Assembly (NCBI GenBank): GCA_964343075.1
Contig: CAYFGT010000001.1
Location: 95,795-159,794 of the forward strand
Source: an uncultured Dehalococcoidia bacterium
GTDB lineage: Bacteria; Chloroflexota; Dehalococcoidia; Lucifugimonadales; UBA3495
Direction: 5' to 3'
DNA length: 64,000 bases
Shown: positions 57,015 through 64,000 of the stretch, one piece after another
How positions within the stretch are numbered: the stretch's first letter is position 1
How the letters are laid out: each line of letters begins with the position of its first letter
Translations under genes and position numbers: made by a program
The notes under the pieces: model-generated
Told to the model about the DNA's origin: nothing
Database searches by the model: none
The model's input: only the letters and a program-made list of their open reading frames with translations

Positions 57015-57842
57015 GTGGAGCAATGCAGTTATTTGAGATATAGGGCCCAAAAATCTTTAGGTCAGAACTTCATTATTGATGAAGGGATCATCCACTCCAC
57101 CATAGATGCCGCGGGCGTGTCCGACACAGATTTGATTTTGGAGATAGGTCCTGGAACTGGTCGATTAACCAAACCTCTCCTAGAGTTGGCAAGAAAAGTA
57201 GTAGGTATTGAATTGGATCCTGTTCTCGGATTTAAACTGGCAAATTTTTTGGATGGATTTAGTAACTTCACTTTACTTACTGAAGATGCTCGCTACACAG
57301 ATTACGATGATATTACTAGGGGAGATCCATATAAGATAATATCAAACCTACCATACTATGCCTCGAATTTTTTTTTACGCACATTCATAGAATTAAGGAA
57401 CAAGCCAACTTTGATGGTACTGATGTTTCAAAAAGAGGTTGCAGATAATGTGTTGGCTGGTCCGGGGTCAAGAAGATTGATATCTGTCATAACTCAGTCT
57501 ATGTGTGAAGTAACTAAAGTGTGTGACGTACCCAAAGAATCTTTTGAACCGCAGCCTAAGATAGATTCTACTGTGATAAAAATAATTCCTAAAAAAGATA
57601 GCTTTATTACTCTGGATAACTATTCACAGTTTTGCGATATGCTGCGGGCAGCATTTTCGTCACCTAGGAAAACTATCTCGAATGCGCTGAGTAAATCTCT
57701 TAACAAACCTAAATCAGAATGTATTCGGGTACTTACAAGTTGTGATATCGATCCACAGCGTCGATCCGAAACGTTGAAGCTAGATGAATGGAGATTGTTG
57801 TTCGATTCATCTTATTCTGATTTGTTTGATTCGAATGTGTAG
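57015..57842 (+). CDS. rsmA: 16S rRNA (adenine1518/1519-N6)-dimethyltransferase
   Basis: KSLGQNFIID, EIGPGTGRLT, SNLPYY. The ORF-track ATG 56970 lies inside the SRP RNA, so the start was moved to in-frame GTG 57015. TTG 57033, after GGAG, is another option. Confidence 0.8.
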   Translation: MEQCSYLRYRAQKSLGQNFIIDEGIIHSTIDAAGVSDTDLILEIGPGTGRLTKPLLELARKVVGIELDPVLGFKLANFLDGFSNFTLLTEDARYTDYDDITRGDPYKIISNLPYYASNFFLRTFIELRNKPTLMVLMFQKEVADNVLAGPGSRRLISVITQSMCEVTKVCDVPKESFEPQPKIDSTVIKIIPKKDSFITLDNYSQFCDMLRAAFSSPRKTISNALSKSLNKPKSECIRVLTSCDIDPQRRSETLKLDEWRLLFDSSYSDLFDSNV

Positions 57843-57851
57843 ATCTAAACC

Positions 57852-58715
57852 ATGCTTAGGATAAAAACATCGGCAAAGGTCAACTTAGGCCTTGAGATAA
57901 TTTCTAAGAGAGATGACGAATATCATAATATCTGTTCTGTTTTACAGACAGTGAATTTATATGACATTATTCTAGTTGAACCTGCTTCTGTTACAACCCT
58001 CTATACTAATGATGATTCGGTTAATAATGAATATAATGTGGTTTTATCGGCAGTTAAGATTTTTGAACAAGAAACAGGGATTTCTGCACCCGTAAATATT
58101 CGATTAATGAAAAAAATTCCAATCGGTATGGGATTAGGAGGCGGAAGCGGCAACGCCGCCGGCATATTAATGGCGTTAAATCGGATTTATTCTGGCGGAC
58201 TTACAGCAATCGATCTGTCTCGCATGGCTAGCTTAATTGGTGCTGATGTTCCATTTTTTCTTAGAGGAGGTACGGCTTATGTTTCGGGGATTGGAGATAA
58301 TATTACTTCACTTCCTGATTTAGAAATTGACACAATAACGTTAGTTTGCCCAAAAGTGTCTATTCCTTATAAGACTAAGACGATGTATCAAAGTGTCACT
58401 GAGCGAGATTTCACGGATGGTTCACAGATAGAGAGACTGTGTTCTGATATTCACAAGTCGTCCAAGACAATAGTTAAGAAATTACCTCCGAATGCGTTTT
58501 ACCAAGCATTAACCGAAAAATTTCCACATATACGTGACTTGATGGACACTATCAAGTATCAATTAGGGATAGACATGTACATTACGGGTACTGGGTTAGG
58601 CTTATTTACTATCACTGGAGATATTGGGTCGTTGAAACGATTGGTTGACCCCAAGTATTATAATATTTATCAATTAACTACCACGAGTACAGGGATTGAA
58701 ATGCGAGATGACTAA
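57852..58715 (+). CDS. ispE: 4-diphosphocytidyl-2-C-methyl-D-erythritol kinase
   Basis: AKVNLGLEI and GHMP-kinase motif PIGMGLGGGSGNAAG. Confidence 0.85.
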   Translation: MLRIKTSAKVNLGLEIISKRDDEYHNICSVLQTVNLYDIILVEPASVTTLYTNDDSVNNEYNVVLSAVKIFEQETGISAPVNIRLMKKIPIGMGLGGGSGNAAGILMALNRIYSGGLTAIDLSRMASLIGADVPFFLRGGTAYVSGIGDNITSLPDLEIDTITLVCPKVSIPYKTKTMYQSVTERDFTDGSQIERLCSDIHKSSKTIVKKLPPNAFYQALTEKFPHIRDLMDTIKYQLGIDMYITGTGLGLFTITGDIGSLKRLVDPKYYNIYQLTTTSTGIEMRDD

Positions 58716-59611
58716 TGAATTTAATTGTAATTAATTTACCTTTTAATCCATACATAATTAATCTAGGCCCGTTGGCTCTTTCATGGCATGGCTTTTTTAC
58801 GGCTGTAGGGTTGATGACAGCTTTATATCTTGTAGTTAAATGGTCAAGCAAGCGTTCTAAGTTACTTGAAAAGGAAGGACAATCGGAAATTTATCTAACC
58901 GCTGATACCGTATTGCAAGTGGCTCCATGGGCAATATTGTCTGGAATTCTAGGAGCAAGGCTGTTCCATGTCATTGATTTTTGGTTTGCAATATATATTC
59001 ATGATCCAATTTCGGTGCTTTATATTTGGAAAGGGGGAATTGCTATATATGGTGCAGTATTAGGTGGATTCTTGGGTGGCTTTTTGTATTTAAAAATTAG
59101 GAACTCAGGCCGGTTCATTGATTTCATAGGGAAAATCCCTTTACTAAATCAACCCAAAACTAGTGAACTGCCCAAACCGGGGATTTTAGCAGATTTAGTC
59201 GCAGCTCCAATGATACTTGGAATGGCAATCGGCCGGATTGGTGATGTGATTAACGGCGAGCATTTTGCAACTTACACAGATTTGCCGTGGGGAATCATTT
59301 ATAGTCATCCGTTAAGTCCAGGGTCCGGGCGACCAGCTAGCCATCCAGCTGTATTTTATGAACTACTTTGGGATTTAGCGATTTTCGGACTCTTATTGTG
59401 GTTGAAGGATCGCGTTAAGCCTAATGGGATGATTTTTGTGATATTTATCCTACTATATTCATTTGGTAGGTTTTTTATTATGTTCTTGAGAGAAGATTAT
59501 CATATGAATATCATCGGATTTAATCAGCCTCAGATTGTCGCATTGATATTGATTGTTGTGACCCTTCCTATTGTCTGTACAAAAGCAAGATTTTTCAAAA
59601 ATCGGGAATGA
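58715..59611 (+). CDS. lgt: phosphatidylglycerol--prolipoprotein diacylglyceryl transferase
   Basis: GPLALSWHGFF, GRIGDVINGEH, HPAVFYELLWD. TAATG overlap with ispE. Confidence 0.9.
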   Translation: MNLIVINLPFNPYIINLGPLALSWHGFFTAVGLMTALYLVVKWSSKRSKLLEKEGQSEIYLTADTVLQVAPWAILSGILGARLFHVIDFWFAIYIHDPISVLYIWKGGIAIYGAVLGGFLGGFLYLKIRNSGRFIDFIGKIPLLNQPKTSELPKPGILADLVAAPMILGMAIGRIGDVINGEHFATYTDLPWGIIYSHPLSPGSGRPASHPAVFYELLWDLAIFGLLLWLKDRVKPNGMIFVIFILLYSFGRFFIMFLREDYHMNIIGFNQPQIVALILIVVTLPIVCTKARFFKNRE

Positions 59612-59612
59612 T

Positions 59613-60077
59613 TTATTTATGTGTGTTAGTAGAGTAAGGGTCTTCAAAACGTTTTCTACTTTGATTAACTTCAGAGACTTTCTTGGAAACCTTGCCGATG
59701 ATGAGATAATCGAAGTCAAATCCTAGTATTGTGTCTAAAGCCCCCCATAATGTGTATAAAGCTAATAGAAAAGCTGTGCCTAGAATTATTAATGTCAATC
59801 CGGGCGATAGGTTAAATTCTAATCCTGTAAACACACAGAGGCCTACTACTAAGTTTGCGACGGTCCCTTGGAAGGCTTGGGATGATTGCCACGTGAATCC
59901 TAATTTTCTATACCGTCTACAGATCAAATAAGAAATTACAGGGCAGATCAGGAAAACGACAGTAGAACCAGTAATTACAAGTGTGGGCAATCCGATCATA
60001 ACCGATATGCCATGGGCTAGCCCTATCATGAATCTTTGGCTTTTAGGTAGTTGTGAATATGTCGGAGTAGACCGCAT
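59613..60077 (-). CDS. small polytopic membrane protein (DUF4870-like?)
   Basis: 154 aa, about four TM segments. Starts 3 nt after the fabF stop. Confidence 0.45.
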   Translation of the reverse strand: MRSTPTYSQLPKSQRFMIGLAHGISVMIGLPTLVITGSTVVFLICPVISYLICRRYRKLGFTWQSSQAFQGTVANLVVGLCVFTGLEFNLSPGLTLIILGTAFLLALYTLWGALDTILGFDFDYLIIGKVSKKVSEVNQSRKRFEDPYSTNTHK

Positions 60078-60080
60078 GAT

Positions 60081-61322
60081 TTATGCGTATTTTGTGAATA
60101 TTAGTACCGAGTTATGCCCTCCAAAGCCAAACGAGTTACTCATACATGTATTAATAATCTTTTGTTGGCTTTGGTTTGGTGTGTAGTTGAGGTCGCAGAG
60201 CGGATCAGGTTCTTCAAGGTTGATTGTCGGGGGTATCACTGAATTTTGGATTGCTTGGATGCAAATCGCAGCTTCTAGAGCCCCGCCTGCTCCCAACAAG
60301 TGGCCGGTCATGGATTTTGTCGAACTTATGTTTAGCTCGGATGCTCCTTGTCCCAAAGCTAATTTGATAGCTTTGGTTTCTTGAGTATCATTCAGTGGAG
60401 TAGATGTCCCATGGGCGTTTAAATAATCTAATTGATCAGGGGTGATATTTGCTGCGTTTAAAGCATTTGTAATTGCTTGTGCAGCTGTTTGACCCGTTGG
60501 GTTAGGTTCGGTAAGGTGATGTGCATCGGAAGATGAGCCGTAGCTGCTCAAGACAGCTAGAGGTTTGGCCCCACGGTTTATAGCATGTTCTTCACTTTCT
60601 AAAACCAACACTGCAGACCCTTCTCCCATTACAAAACCATCTCTTTTGATATCGAATGGCCTACTAGCTTTTTGTGGATCTTCATTAAATCTAGATAAAG
60701 CTCGGAGGCTATTAAACCCTGCTACCGCAATAGGTGTCAAAGGTGCCTCTGCTCCTCCTGCCAATATTATTTCTGACTGACCAGTTTTAATGGATTGCCA
60801 AGCCTGTCCAATAGCATCCGCACCTGAAGAACACGAAGAGACCACACAATAATTGGCCCCCAAAGCTCCAGTCATCATCGATACTTGAGCTGATGCCATA
60901 TCTCCTAACATCATCGGTATCAAGAATGGAGATACTCTTTTAGGTCCGCGGTCAGATAAAATTTTGTGTTGTTCAGATAAGGTTACTATCCCGCCTATCC
61001 CACTTCCGATTATTACCGACAATTCATATGGTTGGAGGTTTTGTGGGGAAAGGCCAGCAGACTCACAGGCCTCTAAAGCTGCGACGCATGCGAATTGTGC
61101 AAACCGGTCCATTCTCCGGGCGTCTTTTCGGTCTAACTTGTCTTCTGGAATGAAACCTTTTACTTCTGCGCCGAACCTAGTATCGAATCCTTCAGTATCG
61201 AAAGAAGTAAGGAAATCTACTCCGCTGTTACCGTTTATAATATTCTCCCAAGTTTCTACTGTGTTGTGACCAAGAGGATTAATAGTGCCTATTCCAGTGA
61301 TTACTACTTTGGAGTTTTTCAT
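60081..61322 (-). CDS. fabF: 3-oxoacyl-[acyl-carrier-protein] synthase II
   Basis: Active-site Cys in VVSSCSSGADA, HGTSTPLND, KSMTGHLLGAGG, C-terminal NSFGFGGHN. Confidence 0.9.
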   Translation of the reverse strand: MKNSKVVITGIGTINPLGHNTVETWENIINGNSGVDFLTSFDTEGFDTRFGAEVKGFIPEDKLDRKDARRMDRFAQFACVAALEACESAGLSPQNLQPYELSVIIGSGIGGIVTLSEQHKILSDRGPKRVSPFLIPMMLGDMASAQVSMMTGALGANYCVVSSCSSGADAIGQAWQSIKTGQSEIILAGGAEAPLTPIAVAGFNSLRALSRFNEDPQKASRPFDIKRDGFVMGEGSAVLVLESEEHAINRGAKPLAVLSSYGSSSDAHHLTEPNPTGQTAAQAITNALNAANITPDQLDYLNAHGTSTPLNDTQETKAIKLALGQGASELNISSTKSMTGHLLGAGGALEAAICIQAIQNSVIPPTINLEEPDPLCDLNYTPNQSQQKIINTCMSNSFGFGGHNSVLIFTKYA

Positions 61323-61338
61323 GAGATCCAGAAGACTT

Positions 61339-63111
61339 TTAAGATGATTCCGTTTGTGGTTTCGAATCAGTCATCAAAGAGCCAAGCAGTACGTCTAACT
61401 CTGATACGGTATTTTGCAAAATAGAAGCGTCTGGTGTAGTACCGTCTTTGGAAGTTTCAGCTAGGTCTTTGTAAAGCCTGTTAACTTCTAGTAACTTGGC
61501 TGATATGTTTTCAGACAATTCAGTCCTGGCATTAGATAAAGGTTGACTTGCTGCTCTTAGGTTGTCCAGTAAAGTTTCTATGGTTTTACCAGATATCGCA
61601 TTACTTACGTCAGCCGATTCACGGACAAGTTCGGATAATTCACCTATTCGGGCTCCTATAGAATCACTTAAATCTCTGCCCGTTGCGGCTAATCTCATTC
61701 GGTATGTGCGCAGCATCCTAAATATGCGACCATACAGGTTGTCAATGGATCTGAGCTTAGCAGAATATTTTTCGAATAATTCTTCGCTTTCTTGCATTGA
61801 CCATCTTTCGTCGTAATGTACAAATCTTCTACCTGTGTACAAATGATAAGGTCTCATTTCTCCTTCTTTTAGCAATTCCCCTTTTTCGTTTAATGGTTGC
61901 AGGTCTGTCCAGTTTGATGTGGCAGGCAAAGGGGTTAGGAGGTTAGCCGTCTGATAATTACTGACTTCTGTGACCCAATCAGCGAGGCTCATGATGCTAT
62001 CTTCGGTGTCATATGGTAATCCGATAATAGTCATTGCCACTACACTGAACCCCATTCCGTTCAAAGTGGTTAGGTCAGTGTGCATTTGTCCAGGGTCTTG
62101 TCTTTTTCGTACCAGCTTAAGATTTTCTGCGTTGTCCGATTCGACACCCAGGTATAGCATTTTTATATTGGCGTCTTGCATGGCATTCGCTAACTCCATA
62201 TCTTGGCCGACTTCTGCCCTCGCTTGACATATCATATACATGTTGTCCGTGTGGCCTTTCCAATTTTGTAACCTAGCAAGCCTTTCATCTCTAAATTTTG
62301 TAGCTCTTAATGGTGGTGCATGTAGGTCATCAGATATGAATATGCTAATATTGCCATTTTGACCTTTGTGGATTAGTCCGTCTTCTGCTAGCTCACGTAT
62401 TTGATCGATTCGTTTGATCTCTGTTTCACGACTTATGAGTCTGTACCCTAAGAATTGTTGTATAACTTGGCAGTAAGAACAGTTTTCCGTACAACCTCTG
62501 GTGGTCTCAAGCACTCCACCGGTTAAAGGTGTTTGAGGAGTTAAATCTTTAATGGATCTATAGTCGGGTAGCTCGGCAAAATCCGGCGCTACCAAGCCTC
62601 TTCTAGGGGTTTGAATCAGTTGCGCGATCTTATCACCTTTTAGGAAAGTTATTCCTGGAATCTTCTCCAGATAAGATTCTTTTTGAGGAGAGTTGTTTAC
62701 TAACACATCGCATAACTGCCCGATGATATCTTCGCCTTCCCTGTTTACAATCACATCGAATGATCCGAATTTAAAAGCTTCCTCTGGGAGAGGGCTCATC
62801 TGTGGCCCGCCTCCTATAATAATCAGGTTGGGATGGTACTGTCGAGCCTCTCGGCTAATCTGGAAGGCCCTAGGAGTCTCATTGATTAATGCGGTAACCA
62901 TCAATATGTCCACTCCGTCTAGATCTTTGTTAGGGTCCATTAATCCAGATCGATCTTCAAACCAAATGCTTCTGTCGTATAAATAGTCGCCGTCCCATTG
63001 TGCTAATGCAGCTGATAGAAACAGCATGCCTTGACGAGGTATGGCCATATATTCAAAGTTCCCTCCAGCAGAGGCTGGTTGAACCATTACAACTTTTTTA
63101 ATTTTACTCAT
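61339..63111 (-). CDS. B12-binding-domain radical SAM protein (class B) with long helical C-terminal extension
   Basis: N-terminal Rossmann-like domain (VVMVQPASAGG ... LIIIGGGPQMS), radical SAM cluster motif TTRGCTENCSYCQ (CX3CX2C), and about 140 aa of low-complexity helical tail. Confidence 0.8.
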   Translation of the reverse strand: MSKIKKVVMVQPASAGGNFEYMAIPRQGMLFLSAALAQWDGDYLYDRSIWFEDRSGLMDPNKDLDGVDILMVTALINETPRAFQISREARQYHPNLIIIGGGPQMSPLPEEAFKFGSFDVIVNREGEDIIGQLCDVLVNNSPQKESYLEKIPGITFLKGDKIAQLIQTPRRGLVAPDFAELPDYRSIKDLTPQTPLTGGVLETTRGCTENCSYCQVIQQFLGYRLISRETEIKRIDQIRELAEDGLIHKGQNGNISIFISDDLHAPPLRATKFRDERLARLQNWKGHTDNMYMICQARAEVGQDMELANAMQDANIKMLYLGVESDNAENLKLVRKRQDPGQMHTDLTTLNGMGFSVVAMTIIGLPYDTEDSIMSLADWVTEVSNYQTANLLTPLPATSNWTDLQPLNEKGELLKEGEMRPYHLYTGRRFVHYDERWSMQESEELFEKYSAKLRSIDNLYGRIFRMLRTYRMRLAATGRDLSDSIGARIGELSELVRESADVSNAISGKTIETLLDNLRAASQPLSNARTELSENISAKLLEVNRLYKDLAETSKDGTTPDASILQNTVSELDVLLGSLMTDSKPQTESS

Positions 63112-63205
63112 AATTCTCTTTAGTTTTGTGTTGGTTTAATTATTATATTAAATGCGGGACATATTATATACTATACATTGCAAATTTTGTTAATGTTTTA
63201 TGCCA

Positions 63206-63219
63206 TTTCATATATGAAA
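63206..63219. promoter_or_regulatory. perfect 14-bp palindrome TTTCATATATGAAA, candidate operator
   Basis: Self-complementary. It ends 3 nt before a TACAAT -10-like hexamer (63223-63228), in the divergent region between the radical SAM operon and the SDR gene. Confidence 0.35.
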
Positions 63220-63270
63220 CATTACAATAACAGGATGCTACTAAAGGTAAATTGTTGGTAGGAGAGTGAC

Positions 63271-64000
63271 TTGATTCTAGTAACTGGCGCGACAGGCTTC
63301 ATTGGCACAGAAGTTGTTAGGCGACTAAGTGACGAAGGGATTCGGTACAAGTGCTTGGTCAGGACGCCTGGAATGGAGAATAAAATACAATCCTTTAATC
63401 CTCAAATTCATTACGGAGACCTATTGAATCCCAACAACCTTAGATTTATTTTCAAAGATGTAGATACTATTGTCAACGTTGCTGGAACTTTGCCATTTGG
63501 TGATACTTCAGAAGGTTACAGGAGAAAAAATGTTGGATCCGCCGTTAATTTAGTAGAAGCGGCTGAGCAATCAGGAGTGAAAAAAATAGTACATGTAAGT
63601 GCTGTTGGCAGCTCTGAAGATAATACGAACCCGTTTTTGAGAAGTAAATATCTTTCGGAGAACGTAATCACTAGAAGTGCTATAAACACGATAGTTTTGA
63701 GACTACCTCATGTTTTCGGTGCTAATGATTCATTTACCAATTACTGTGCAGCATTGATGAAAATTTTACCTTTCAGATTATTATATGGAGATCCGGAAAA
63801 TATTCTTCAACCTATTCATGTATCGGATGTGGCTAATTGTATTGTGCAATCTTCGGTGCGTGACGACAAAGTTGGTGCAACTTTTGATTTGGTAGGCCCA
63901 GAGTCAATTTCCTATATGGATTTATTTACAGCTGTAAAAAATCGATTTCCTGCTAACAAATTACCATTCAACCCAGTTATTGAAGTACCGGAGATAGTTT
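63271..64000 (+). CDS. NAD(P)-binding atypical SDR (NmrA/NDUFA9-like epimerase-dehydratase fold), truncated by the window end
   Basis: Not in the ORF track. TTG start after GGTAGGAGAG, then ILVTGATGFIGTEVVRRL. I read the frame by hand with no stop to base 64000. Confidence 0.7.
   Translation, partial: MILVTGATGFIGTEVVRRLSDEGIRYKCLVRTPGMENKIQSFNPQIHYGDLLNPNNLRFIFKDVDTIVNVAGTLPFGDTSEGYRRKNVGSAVNLVEAAEQSGVKKIVHVSAVGSSEDNTNPFLRSKYLSENVITRSAINTIVLRLPHVFGANDSFTNYCAALMKILPFRLLYGDPENILQPIHVSDVANCIVQSSVRDDKVGATFDLVGPESISYMDLFTAVKNRFPANKLPFNPVIEVPEIV

Overview
AT-rich, very tightly packed chromosomal segment that is mostly core genome. I count about 65 protein genes, 2 tRNAs, one long Bacillus-type SRP RNA and one cobalamin riboswitch. 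I saw no transposase, integrase, CRISPR array, rRNA or recognisable defence system.

Main blocks, left to right:
- a PHP / exonuclease-DinG / OGG repair operon;
- speH-speE;
- an 11-gene nuoABCDHIJKLMN operon with no nuoEFG;
- eno and gap, separated by an unlisted 52-aa SEC-C-motif ORF;
- a 1435-aa membrane protein carrying the YYYxG (Chlor_Arch_YYY-type) motif;
- a trkH-trkA cluster with a USP and two RCK paralogues whose nucleotide-binding motif is degenerate;
- leuS;
- a riboswitch-controlled anaerobic-type corrin operon (cbiC-X-D-T-L-F-G-H) extended by an HpcH-type aldolase, a signal-peptide-less BtuF-like protein and a flavin reductase;
- gyrA;
- xdhC/mocA-like accessory genes;
- tRNA-Lys and tRNA-Leu;
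- an orphan oppD/oppF pair;
- lepA, SRP RNA, rsmA-ispE-lgt;
- a minus-strand operon of a B12-domain radical SAM enzyme, fabF and a small membrane protein.

The YYY protein, the EFG-less nuo operon, the exonuclease-DinG and the long SRP RNA together suggest a Chloroflexota-like, streamlined genome. That is inference, at low confidence.

The best candidates for undescribed biology are the radical SAM-fabF operon, the three non-canonical genes under the B12 riboswitch, and the multi-RCK/USP potassium-transport cluster. None is proven.

All family calls are by-eye motif recognition; no searches were run.
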